Part shown: piece by piece, positions 11,749 to 20,825 of the stretch | Layout: every line of letters begins with the position of its first letter | Position numbering within the stretch: position 1 is the first letter of the stretch | Assembly (NCBI GenBank): GCA_009885665.1 | Contig: VFKI01000155.1 | Location: 1 to 31,172 of the forward strand | Length of the DNA stretch: 31,172 nucleotides | Direction of reading: 5' to 3' | DNA from: Gammaproteobacteria bacterium | Lineage (GTDB): Bacteria; Pseudomonadota; Gammaproteobacteria; DSM-16500 | The notes under the pieces: model-generated | Told to the model about the DNA's origin: nothing | Seen by the model: only the letters and a program-made list of their open reading frames with translations | The model's database searches: none | Made by a program: the position numbers and the translations under genes

Positions 11749-12318
11749 ATGGAAACCCGCACTGTTTCACAATTACAACAGCTCGCCGAGCGCGCCGAAT
11801 GCCTGCATGACATGACGGCTATTCACCGTGCGCTCGACCGTATGGCAACCGAAATTACGCATAAATTGCAACAGGATAATCCGTTGGTATTATGCGTCAT
11901 GATTGGCGCATTGGTTCCTATGGGGCATTTAGTGACACGACTCAATTTTCCGCTTGAAATTGACTATATCCATGCCACGCGTTATCGCGGCAGTATGCGC
12001 CCAGGCGATTTACATTGGCTGGTCGAGCCGCGCCAATCGCTGGCGGGTCGCGCGGTATTAATTATGGATGACATCATGGATGGCGGCCACACCTTGGCAG
12101 CTATCATTGATTATTGTCAGCAGCAAGGCGCCAAATCCGTTCACACGGCGGTGATGATCAATAAAATTCGGCCGCGCGAAGCGGGCGTTACATTTGAGCC
12201 AGATTTTATTGGCCTTGATACACCCGATCGTTTTTTGATTGGCTTTGGGCTTGATTATGCGGAACACTTTCGCAATTTGCCTGGCATTTATGCTGTTGCC
12301 GCAGAGGATCAAACTTGA
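11749..12318 (+). CDS. hpt: Hypoxanthine-guanine phosphoribosyltransferase
   Basis: PRPP-binding motif VLIMDDIMDGGHTL, DYIHATRY, FLIGFGLDY..FRNLPGIY. GAGGA site favours ATG 11749 over 11716. Confidence 0.88.
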   Translation: METRTVSQLQQLAERAECLHDMTAIHRALDRMATEITHKLQQDNPLVLCVMIGALVPMGHLVTRLNFPLEIDYIHATRYRGSMRPGDLHWLVEPRQSLAGRAVLIMDDIMDGGHTLAAIIDYCQQQGAKSVHTAVMINKIRPREAGVTFEPDFIGLDTPDRFLIGFGLDYAEHFRNLPGIYAVAAEDQT

Positions 12319-14387
12319 TGCAATCACGGCGATCTGCATTACTGTGGTATCTGTTGTTATTGACGATCTTTTTTATATGGATTGAAATAGGCTTTTTGAT
12401 TCAACGTGACCAAATATACTTTGCGGATGTGTCGTTAGTCGCGCAAAATATATCGTTGCCGTGGGTGGCGATACCCGACATTGTCTATTATCTTGTGGTG
12501 CAAATTGCGCTCTACCTTTGCTGGTTATTTGGCATTTATTATCTCATGCAAGGCGTGCGCGCGGCGTTACACCTTACGCCCGCACAGACAGAAAATGTAG
12601 GCATTATCGTATGGTTTATTTCGCTTGCGTTTATTTTATTAGCAAATCAAATAAAGTATCCTGATTCTAAATTCAGTTTTGCTTGGCTAGCATTGGATTA
12701 TCCCGCATTATGTCGATGGGCATTTTATAGCGTTGCGACACTTTTTGCTGTCGTGTGTATCGTTGCATTGCTGGGATTTTTACAAACATTGCCGCGCACT
12801 TTTTTATTACTGACGAGCAGTGTCGCAATTATTTTCCTTGCATTACATTGGCATACAGCGAACCATTTGCCTGTGGTGGATCGCGGCACTACCGCTCGAC
12901 CCAATATCATTTTAATTGGCATTGATTCACTGCGTCCTGATTATTTAGGTAAGAATACGCCCGCGCTCAATGATTTTATGCAGCATGCTGTCGTTTTTAA
13001 TTATTCATTGACACCAATTGCACGCACCTATCCATCGTGGTTCAGTATTTTATCAGGCGAATATCCCAAAGTCAGCGGCATCCGCACCAATTTATTGGAT
13101 CCAGCGCGTTTTGATCTTAGCCAAACCTTACCTGCTGTGTTGCGCCGACATGATTATCACACTATATATGCAACCGATGAAACGCGTTTCAGTAATATTG
13201 ATGAACGCTATGGTTTTGATCAACGCTTGACGGCGCCGATAGGTGTCAATGATTTTTTACTTGGCACGGTCAATGATTTTCCATTATCCAATTTACTTGT
13301 TAATACTCGGCTTGGCCAATATTTATTTCCTTATAGTTATGCCAATCGACCGGCGTATTTTGATTATGATCCAGCGAGTTTTTTGCAACGTATTGCGCCC
13401 ACACTTGCCGAGCGACGCCAACATCCTTTATTTTTAGCGATTCACTTTTGCTTGCCGCATGCGCCTTATTTATGGGCAGATCTTGCAGCAGAAACGGTAA
13501 AACGCGAGGATTATCTCTATTCGGTCGCGCGCATGGATCTGCAGTTCGCCCATTTTATGCAAATATTACGTAAAGATGGTTTGTTACAACATAGCATTGT
13601 GATTGTTTTATCAGATCATGGTGAAGCGTTGGGTTTGCCGGGCGATCGCATCACCGATCCGCATTTATATATTCCCTCTGAAAAATATCAGAAAATCCCT
13701 TTATTTTATCCGCCTATGGTAGAGGATGAGCGTGTCAATGTCTCTAACGGTCATGGTACGGATGTATTAGGCGTGTCGCAATATCATACTGTGTTAGCGG
13801 TGCGCAGCTATGATGTTGCACCTATGCCGCCTAAAACTATAACGGATTTGGTGTCATTAATGGATATTCGTCCGACGCTGTTAGCGTATCTGCATGTGCA
13901 AGATCCGCATGCCAGTAATGGATACTCATTATTACCGGCGCTGCTAGGCAAGCAAACCCGTGTGCCGTTACATACGGATTTTGTCACGGAAAGTGATTTT
14001 TCACCGCCGGCTATTCGGACTATATTTCCAGACACGCACAAAGTATTTTTGATGGGAGTTCATTATTTTCGAATTGATCCGCATACTGGGCGGGTGTTGG
14101 TACGCGATGATATGTTGCATAAAATTATTGCCAGCAAACAATACGCTGACTTTCATGGCGATTGGGTATTAGCGCTTTATCCACGACAAGATGGCAGTCA
14201 ATGGCACGTATTGGTCAATCAGCGCACTGGGCGGTGGACTTTAGATATGCACGATGCATTTGCGCAGCGCGCCCCGGTGCAAAGCATGATGCAGATATTG
14301 TATAAATTCGTAACCATTCAGCACATTTCTCAAAAAACACCCGCGAGGCCAGGTGCAACCAGACTCTACGCGATGGGGGATTCTTAA
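12315..14387 (+). CDS. Membrane-anchored alkaline-phosphatase-superfamily (sulfatase-fold) hydrolase/transferase
   Basis: About 5 N-terminal TM helices, then PNIILIGIDSLRPD, RTYPSWFSILSG, HFCLPHAPY, IVLSDHGE. Start overlaps the hpt stop. Confidence 0.82.
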   Translation: MMQSRRSALLWYLLLLTIFFIWIEIGFLIQRDQIYFADVSLVAQNISLPWVAIPDIVYYLVVQIALYLCWLFGIYYLMQGVRAALHLTPAQTENVGIIVWFISLAFILLANQIKYPDSKFSFAWLALDYPALCRWAFYSVATLFAVVCIVALLGFLQTLPRTFLLLTSSVAIIFLALHWHTANHLPVVDRGTTARPNIILIGIDSLRPDYLGKNTPALNDFMQHAVVFNYSLTPIARTYPSWFSILSGEYPKVSGIRTNLLDPARFDLSQTLPAVLRRHDYHTIYATDETRFSNIDERYGFDQRLTAPIGVNDFLLGTVNDFPLSNLLVNTRLGQYLFPYSYANRPAYFDYDPASFLQRIAPTLAERRQHPLFLAIHFCLPHAPYLWADLAAETVKREDYLYSVARMDLQFAHFMQILRKDGLLQHSIVIVLSDHGEALGLPGDRITDPHLYIPSEKYQKIPLFYPPMVEDERVNVSNGHGTDVLGVSQYHTVLAVRSYDVAPMPPKTITDLVSLMDIRPTLLAYLHVQDPHASNGYSLLPALLGKQTRVPLHTDFVTESDFSPPAIRTIFPDTHKVFLMGVHYFRIDPHTGRVLVRDDMLHKIIASKQYADFHGDWVLALYPRQDGSQWHVLVNQRTGRWTLDMHDAFAQRAPVQSMMQILYKFVTIQHISQKTPARPGATRLYAMGDS

Positions 14388-14458
14388 AGGGGAGAATCGC
14401 GATTCTTCCCCTTAAGTGGCGTAGCGAGGGCTTTGCCCGAGCAGCCATCTGAGAATAG
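14310..14458 (-). mobile_element. Palindromic insertion related to family A, overlapping the 3' end of the sulfatase-fold gene
   Basis: Flanked by direct repeat TTGTATAAATTC (14298-14309, 14459-14470). Contains GCGATGGGGGA (14370-14380, identical to family A minus strand) and a 34-nt hairpin at 14383-14416 resembling the family A central hairpin. Confidence 0.6.
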
Positions 14459-14653
14459 TTGTATAAATTCATTCATTAATGCACAGCACGCGTATTAAGC
14501 CTATTTTTTGCACTTACCGTGTAAAAAACACCTCGCGAGCCCGCCATGTTATGTTAACGTATTGAAAAAACATAAGTGTTTGCATGTGTCCAATTTGTGT
14601 TCTGCTTAGGGTTATCCCTGATGCGACCGAGGCTACCGTGGCTTTCCAAGAGG

Positions 14654-14690
14654 TTAGTCACAGACTTATCCACAGATTCTGTGCATAAGT
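14654..14690. promoter_or_regulatory. DnaA-box cluster with an inverted pair
   Basis: TTATCCACA (14666-14674, perfect) and TGTGCATAA (14680-14688, TTATNCACA on minus) inside a 27-bp palindrome with 12/13 pairs. 7/9 matches at 14654-14662 and 14612-14620. Confidence 0.6.
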
Positions 14691-14747
14691 ATGCGTGTTG
14701 CTGACATGCTTATAAAAGGGCGCGCGTTAAGTTTGCTGCAAACTGCA

Positions 14748-14777
14748 TTGGTATTAGCTATAGAAACTGTTTATACT
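14748..14777 (+). promoter_or_regulatory. Candidate sigma70 promoter of fadE
   Basis: TTGGTA-N18-TATACT, 56 nt upstream of the ATG; AGGAG ribosome-binding site at 14820-14824. Confidence 0.35.
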
Positions 14778-14833
14778 CGGCGAGCGGTTATCGATGACCG
14801 CTTTTAACTATAGTAGCAAAGGAGTGTGCTTAC

Positions 14834-17293
14834 ATGGCGTGGCTTGAAACGATCGTCTTACTGGCAGCCATTATTGGCTTAGGCTATTGGCGCACACCCT
14901 TATGGCTCTGTGGTGTGGTATCCACGCTGTTGCTGGCATATCTCACGCGCTATGGTCATATCAGCCTACTTATTATTTTGCCGATTTGGTTTATATTTCT
15001 TGGGCTCATATTTTTTACCGCCATCAAACCCATTCGTCGTCGCTATATCACCATTCCCTTGATTAAGCATGTGCAAAAAGACATGCCCTCCATCAGTGCC
15101 ACCGAACGCGAAGCCATTGAAGCGGGCGATGTATGGTGGGAAAAAGCGCTGTTTTGTGGCCAGCCGGACTGGCACACTTTACTCAAGATGCCAGCGCCGC
15201 GTCTTACCACTGCTGAGCAAGCGTTTTTGGATAATCAAGTCAACACGCTGTGTGGCATGCTGCAAGATTGGCATATCGTCCAGCAGGGGGATTTACCGAC
15301 TGAAGTATGGAATTATCTAAAACGCGAACGATTTTTCGCATTGGAAATTCCCGTTGAATTTGGTGGGCTTGGTTTTTCTGCTCAAGCACATTCAGCGGTG
15401 ATTACGCGCATTGCGACGCGCAGTATCAGTACGGCGGTTAGCACGATGGTGCCTAATTCTCTGGGGCCTGCTGAATTACTCTTACACTATGGTACCGATG
15501 CGCAAAAAAATTATTATTTGCCGCGTCTTGCCTCGGGCGAAGATATCCCTTGTTTTGCCTTGACATCGCCGACGGCGGGAAGTGATGCCGGCGCTATCAC
15601 GGACAGTGGCGTGGTGTGTCGTGGTGAATTTAATGGCCAAGAAATTATTGGTATACGCTTGAATTGGGATAAACGGTATATCACGCTCGCGCCGATCGCA
15701 ACACTCATTGGCTTGGCATTTCGCTTATCTGATCCTGAAAATTTGTTAGGTAAGGGTCAGGAACCGGGTATCACTTTATGTTTAGTGCCACACCAGCATC
15801 CGGGTGTGCAAAGTGGTCGACGTCATATTCCTTTGAATATGGCCTTTATGAATGGGCCGGTGCGTGGCAAAGATGTATTTGTGCCGCTTGACTGGGTCAT
15901 TGGCGGTGCCGATCGTATTGGTCAAGGCTGGCATATGTTAATGGAATGTTTGTCAGTAGGGCGTGGTATTTCGTTGCCGGCAATGAGTGCTGCGTGTGGG
16001 CAGTTGACATATCGAATGACTGGCGCGTATGCGCGTATACGTAAACAATTCAATGTCGCCATTGCGCATTTCGAAGGTGTGGAAGAGGCGCTGGGTGAAA
16101 TTGCTGGGCGCACTTATTTATTAGAAGCGTGTCGTGTTTTTACGGTTAATGCCATTGATAGCGGTATTAAGCCGGCGATTGCTACGGCAATTACTAAATA
16201 CCATACCACGGAAATGTCGCGCATTGTTATGGCGCATGCGATGGATATTCATGGTGGTCATGGCATACAAATGGGGCCTAACAATTTATTGGCGCAGGGG
16301 CATATTGCGCAACCGATTAGCATTACGGTGGAAGGTGCCAATATCCTGACGCGTAATTTAATTATTTTTGGCCAAGGTGCCATTCGCTGTCATCCTTATT
16401 TACTAAAAGAAATTGAATTATTTGCTCAGCCAGATTCCGCTGAGAAATATATTCAATTAGATGAAATTTTATTTAGCCATGTCGGTTATTTTATTAATTG
16501 TACGATGCGTACACTGTGTTATGGTTTAACCGGCGGCCGTTTTATTCGCTCACCGGTGAGCGGTAAAGTTGCCCATTATTATCGTCAATTGACGCGCATG
16601 AGTAGTGCGTTAGCCTTATTATCAGACCTCACCTTAATGTTATTAGGCGGTGATCTGAAGCGCCGCGAACGTATTTCCGCCCGTTTGGGGGATATATTGA
16701 GCCAACTCTATTTGGCGTCTGCTGCACTAAAATATTTTCAGGATCAAGGTGAGCAAGCGAGTGATCTGGATACGCTGTGTTGGAGTTTGGATTTATGTTT
16801 ATCTGAAATTCAAATTGCGTATGATGATTTATGCAATAATTTCCCGCTGCGTTGGTTGGGTAGGCTATTACGCTGGATGACGTTTCCATTGGGTACAGCG
16901 TATCGCAAGCCACGCGATAAGTTAACGCATCGTATTGCGCGCACTATGCTGGAACCGTCTAATTTTCGTGACCGATTAACGCATTTATTTTATCAAAGTA
17001 AAAAATCGGATGACGCGGCAGCCAGATTGGAAAAAGTTTTTTGTCAAATGCCTGACATGGAACCTTTGTTGAAAAAACTTCGTCAGGGTGACAAAAGTAA
17101 ACAAAACTTTACGGCGCAAGTGCATGCGGCGGTAAAGAAAAATATCATCACCTCAGCCGAAGCAGATAAATTATTATCGTTTCAAAAAGCGTATAACGAA
17201 GTGATTGGTGTGGATGAATTTTCATTTGATTTAAGTCAGCTGTTGACGGATATACCGTTCGCACTTCAAGATGCGAACGCTATCCTTGATTGA
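14834..17293 (+). CDS. fadE: Acyl-CoA dehydrogenase, FadE type
   Basis: 819 aa, N-terminal TM segments, PCFALTSPTAGSDAG, LNWDKRYITLAP, GRGISLP, ITVEGANILTR, long C-terminal extension. Confidence 0.92.
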   Translation: MAWLETIVLLAAIIGLGYWRTPLWLCGVVSTLLLAYLTRYGHISLLIILPIWFIFLGLIFFTAIKPIRRRYITIPLIKHVQKDMPSISATEREAIEAGDVWWEKALFCGQPDWHTLLKMPAPRLTTAEQAFLDNQVNTLCGMLQDWHIVQQGDLPTEVWNYLKRERFFALEIPVEFGGLGFSAQAHSAVITRIATRSISTAVSTMVPNSLGPAELLLHYGTDAQKNYYLPRLASGEDIPCFALTSPTAGSDAGAITDSGVVCRGEFNGQEIIGIRLNWDKRYITLAPIATLIGLAFRLSDPENLLGKGQEPGITLCLVPHQHPGVQSGRRHIPLNMAFMNGPVRGKDVFVPLDWVIGGADRIGQGWHMLMECLSVGRGISLPAMSAACGQLTYRMTGAYARIRKQFNVAIAHFEGVEEALGEIAGRTYLLEACRVFTVNAIDSGIKPAIATAITKYHTTEMSRIVMAHAMDIHGGHGIQMGPNNLLAQGHIAQPISITVEGANILTRNLIIFGQGAIRCHPYLLKEIELFAQPDSAEKYIQLDEILFSHVGYFINCTMRTLCYGLTGGRFIRSPVSGKVAHYYRQLTRMSSALALLSDLTLMLLGGDLKRRERISARLGDILSQLYLASAALKYFQDQGEQASDLDTLCWSLDLCLSEIQIAYDDLCNNFPLRWLGRLLRWMTFPLGTAYRKPRDKLTHRIARTMLEPSNFRDRLTHLFYQSKKSDDAAARLEKVFCQMPDMEPLLKKLRQGDKSKQNFTAQVHAAVKKNIITSAEADKLLSFQKAYNEVIGVDEFSFDLSQLLTDIPFALQDANAILD

Positions 17294-17383
17294 AGCCCCA
17301 TCGCGAAATGAGACACTTTCGATGCTTTGCATCTTCAAGTGTAATGGGTATAACATGGTCGAAAATATGCAAAAGGAACCTTT

Positions 17384-18676
17384 ATGAATAACCCAGTTTA
17401 TATTGTAGATGGTAGACGCACGCCATTTTTAAAAATGCGTGGCACACCTGGCGCATGGTCAGCGTCAGATCTTGCTGTAACGGCGGCGCGTGAAGTGTTA
17501 GCAAGCTTACCGTTTGCAGCCAATCAATTAGATGAAGTGGTATTGGGCTGTATGATTCCCAGCGCGGAAGAAGCGAATATTGCGCGCGTTGTCTCATTGC
17601 GTGCTGGATGCGGTAAAGCAGTGCCAGCTTTTACTGTGCAACGAAATTGTGCATCGGGTTTGCAAGCGATTGATGCAGCATTTCGCAATATTGCGACGGG
17701 TCGACAGCAATTAGTATTAGCCGGCGGTACGGAAGCGATGAGCCGTGCACCGCTACAATTCAATAAGAAAATGGTACGCTGGTTAGCCGGTTTGTCTGGT
17801 GCTAAAACGCTTACCGCTAAATTACAAAAAATCAGTGAATTTCGGCCTGGTTTTTTATCGCCGGTCATTTCATTATTGAAAGGCTTGACGGATCATACAA
17901 TAGGTTTAAATATGGGGCAGACAGCGGAAATCGTCGCGCACCGTTTTGGTATTACACGTGCAGCAATGGATGCGTATGCATTGGAAAGCCATCAGCGTGT
18001 GGCAACAGCGATAGAAAATAAAACACTCTACGGCGTGACGTCTTTATTCAGTGAGCAGGGTACGTTTGCCACAGAAGATGATGGTGTGCGACGCGACACC
18101 ACTTTAGAAAAGCTTGGTAAATTAAAGCCTTTTTTTGATAAAAAATTTGGCGATGTCACCGCGGGCAATAGCTCACAGGTGACGGATGGTGCAGCACTGT
18201 TAGTGTTGGCGAGTCAGACGGCGGTAGATAAATATCAATTGCCTGTGTTAGCACGCATTGTGGATGTGGCATGGGCGGGCAATGATCCCGCAGAAATGGG
18301 CTTGGGGCCGGTGCATGCAGTGGCAAAGTTATTGCGCCAAACCAACAAAAAATTAGCCGACATTGATTACTGGGAATTGAATGAAGCATTTGCAGCGCAA
18401 GTGTTGGGGTGTCTCCTTGCATTTGATAGTGAAACGTATTGCCGTGAATTTTTAGGATTATCAGCGGCCTTAGGCGAAATTGATCCGGCGAAATTGAATA
18501 TTGATGGCGGTGCAATTGCATTGGGTCATCCGGTTGGGGCAAGTGGTGCGCGTATTAGTTTGCAATTAGCCAAAATATTGCAACGTAATCAAGCGCATTA
18601 TGGCATTGCAACATTATGTATTGGTGGCGGCCAAGGTGGCGCTATATTACTTGAGAATACCGGCGGGAGAGCGTAA
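17384..18676 (+). CDS. fadI: 3-ketoacyl-CoA thiolase (FadI/FadA type)
   Basis: Active-site VQRNCASG, WELNEAFA, GHPVGASGAR, LCIGGGQG. The symbol fadI over fadA is a judgement from the long insert after GGTEAMS. Confidence 0.88.
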   Translation: MNNPVYIVDGRRTPFLKMRGTPGAWSASDLAVTAAREVLASLPFAANQLDEVVLGCMIPSAEEANIARVVSLRAGCGKAVPAFTVQRNCASGLQAIDAAFRNIATGRQQLVLAGGTEAMSRAPLQFNKKMVRWLAGLSGAKTLTAKLQKISEFRPGFLSPVISLLKGLTDHTIGLNMGQTAEIVAHRFGITRAAMDAYALESHQRVATAIENKTLYGVTSLFSEQGTFATEDDGVRRDTTLEKLGKLKPFFDKKFGDVTAGNSSQVTDGAALLVLASQTAVDKYQLPVLARIVDVAWAGNDPAEMGLGPVHAVAKLLRQTNKKLADIDYWELNEAFAAQVLGCLLAFDSETYCREFLGLSAALGEIDPAKLNIDGGAIALGHPVGASGARISLQLAKILQRNQAHYGIATLCIGGGQGGAILLENTGGRA

Positions 18677-18678
18677 GC

Positions 18679-20679
18679 ATGGCAAGCACTTATAAAAATT
18701 GGCGCGTAGAAACGGATGCAGATCAAATTTTATGGTTGTGGTTTGATCGCGCGGACAGTTCTGTCAATACCATTAATCCTGAGGTGATGGAAGAATTAAA
18801 TGCTATTTTAAATACTATACACGTCAGTGAAATCAGTGGCGTGATTTTTGCCTCGGCAAAAAAAACCGGTTTCATTGCGGGCGCAGACATTACATTGTTT
18901 AATCAATTTCATGATATTGCTGAAGCGACGAGCGTATTACGTCGCGGTCAAGAAATCATTAGCCGAATTGAGCAATTGAAAGTGCCAACGGTGGCGATGA
19001 TACATGGATTTTGTTTGGGCGGTGGTTTGGAATTAGCATTGGGTTGTCGTTATCGCGTAGCAGAAGAGGGCCCGCAAACGCGACTTGGCTTACCCGAAGT
19101 GAAGCTGGGCATCTACCCAGGCTGGGGCGGCAGCGTGCGTTTGCCCCGTTTGATTGGCGTGTTGGCGGCTTTTGATTTAATACGCAGCGGTAAATTGGTC
19201 AACGCAAAGACGGCGGAGAAATTAGGGTTTATTGATGCGGCGGTACCCGCCCGACATTTAGTGCGCGCTGCAAAACAGTATATTTTGACAAAACCGGCGC
19301 GGCGTGCGCCAAATTTGCTATCCAATTTATATGAATTGCCGCTAGCCCGTAAAATGTTGGCGCACGTCATGCGTAAAAAAATGCGCGCTAAAATTAATCC
19401 CTTGCATTATCCCGCGCCATTTGACGTATTAGCTAATTGGGAGCAGACGGGTTGTCATAGTGACGCCGCCATGGTGCGTGAAGCGACCGGCTGTGGGCGA
19501 TTGTTTTTCAGTGAAACCAGTCAGAATTTAGTGCGCGTTTTTTTCTTGCAAGAAATGTTAAAAGGGCAAGCTAAAAACATTCAATTTAAACCACAACATG
19601 TGCATGTGATCGGTGCAGGCACCATGGGTGGCGATATCGCTGCATGGTGTGCAGCGCAAGGGATGCGCGTCACTTTGCAGGATAGAAGTGCAGAATGCAT
19701 TGCGCCCGCCATTAAGCGTGCCGCACAAACATTTCGTGAAAAACTCAAAGATCCAGTACGCTGTCAGCAAGCGATGGATAGATTAGTGCCTGATGTGACC
19801 GGGCAAGGTGTGTCGCGCGCGGATGTGATTATTGAAGCGATTTTTGAAGATTTGCAAGCTAAGCAAGATTTATTCCGTACGCTTGAGCAGCAAGCGCGTC
19901 CTGACGCAGTGCTGGCAACGAATACATCGAGTATTTTATTGGATGATATTAACAAAGTATTGACACGGCCTGAGCGTTTGGTCGGTATACATTTCTTTAA
20001 TCCTGTGGCAAAAATGCAATTGGTGGAAGTGGTGAAGGGTTTGCGCACGGGTGAAAGTGTATTTGAAAAAGCGCTTAAATTTGTACGCAGTATTGATCGT
20101 TTACCGTTACCGGTTAAAAGTAGCCCAGGCTTTTTAGTGAATCGTATTTTGATGCCTTATCTCATGGATGCCATGAATTTATTGGAAAGTGGTGTGCCGG
20201 CGGTCGTGATTGATAAAGCAATGACTGATTTTGGTATGCCGATGGGGCCGATTACGTTGGCGGATACGGTTGGCTTGGATGTTTGTTTATCGGTAGCGAA
20301 TTATTTGGGGCAGCATTTTAATATGCCGGTGCCCGTGAGATTACAAACAATGGTTGCGGCGGGTAAGAAGGGTTGTAAGACCGGCGCAGGATTTTATACG
20401 TACACCAAAGAAGGCAAGCAAATCAAAGAAAAAACGGTTGCGACAACGAGCGCGGGCGAATCATTGGAAAATATTGCGGATCAATTGGTGACGCGTATGT
20501 TAGATGAAGCGCAAGCGTGTTTACAAGAAGGCGTGGTGGCAACAGCTGATTTATTGGATGCAGGCATGATTTTAGGCACGGGTTTCGCACCTTTCCGTGG
20601 CGGCCCGATGCATTATGCTAAAACGCGCGGCGTGCCGCTGGGAAACGAAAAAATAGTGGTGGCTAATGCAGAGTTATAA
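18679..20679 (+). CDS. fadJ: Enoyl-CoA hydratase / 3-hydroxyacyl-CoA dehydrogenase (FadJ/FadB type)
   Basis: GFCLGGGLELAL, GLPEVKLGIYPGWGG, NAD-binding VIGAGTMGGDIA, ATNTSS, HFFNPV, PGFLVNRIL. Confidence 0.88.
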   Translation: MASTYKNWRVETDADQILWLWFDRADSSVNTINPEVMEELNAILNTIHVSEISGVIFASAKKTGFIAGADITLFNQFHDIAEATSVLRRGQEIISRIEQLKVPTVAMIHGFCLGGGLELALGCRYRVAEEGPQTRLGLPEVKLGIYPGWGGSVRLPRLIGVLAAFDLIRSGKLVNAKTAEKLGFIDAAVPARHLVRAAKQYILTKPARRAPNLLSNLYELPLARKMLAHVMRKKMRAKINPLHYPAPFDVLANWEQTGCHSDAAMVREATGCGRLFFSETSQNLVRVFFLQEMLKGQAKNIQFKPQHVHVIGAGTMGGDIAAWCAAQGMRVTLQDRSAECIAPAIKRAAQTFREKLKDPVRCQQAMDRLVPDVTGQGVSRADVIIEAIFEDLQAKQDLFRTLEQQARPDAVLATNTSSILLDDINKVLTRPERLVGIHFFNPVAKMQLVEVVKGLRTGESVFEKALKFVRSIDRLPLPVKSSPGFLVNRILMPYLMDAMNLLESGVPAVVIDKAMTDFGMPMGPITLADTVGLDVCLSVANYLGQHFNMPVPVRLQTMVAAGKKGCKTGAGFYTYTKEGKQIKEKTVATTSAGESLENIADQLVTRMLDEAQACLQEGVVATADLLDAGMILGTGFAPFRGGPMHYAKTRGVPLGNEKIVVANAEL

Positions 20680-20716
20680 ATAATGTGGAGTTATAAATAA
20701 TGTGGAGTTATAAATA
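20671..20716. repeat. Tandem repeat, 2.7 x 17 bp, spanning the fadJ stop
   Basis: GAGTTATAAATAATGTG at 20671 and 20688, partial GAGTTATAAATA at 20705. Confidence 0.95.
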
Positions 20717-20718
20717 TT

Positions 20719-20749
20719 ACGCGACGTCTATCGTGACGTCGCGTTTTTT
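20719..20749 (+). terminator. Intrinsic terminator of the fad operon
   Basis: 10-bp stem ACGCGACGTC/GACGTCGCGT, 6-nt loop, T-run. Confidence 0.75.
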
Positions 20750-20774
20750 AACACGTTTTTGTGGTGTTTATTTC

Positions 20775-20824
20775 ATATCTCCTACATAAATTAGGGTAGT
20801 GGGCAGCGATGGGGGAATAGATAC
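20775..20824 (-). mobile_element. Internally deleted 50-bp derivative of family A
   Basis: Minus strand reads GTATCTATT-CCCCCATCGCTGCCCACTACCCTAATTTATGTAGGAGATAT, i.e. the left terminus joined to the right arm. Flanks TTTATTTC / TTCACTTC (6/8). Confidence 0.85.
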
Positions 20825-20825
20825 T

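Noticed and set aside
14731-14775. PsrA/FadR operator upstream of fadE (GTTTGCTGCAAAC; GAAACTGTTT)
   Set aside because: Arm orientation or spacing does not fit CAAAC-N4-GTTTG, and there is no FadR-like consensus.
14388-14833. oriC
   Set aside because: Only two strong DnaA boxes; no evident DUE repeats, IHF consensus or GATC cluster; no dnaA, gidA or rpmH nearby. Kept as a DnaA-box cluster only.
17296-17356. CCCCATCGC match to family A and a possible internal promoter (TTGCAT-N16-TATAAC) between fadE and fadI
   Set aside because: A 9-bp match without termini or central stem is too short; the promoter match is weak and unverifiable.
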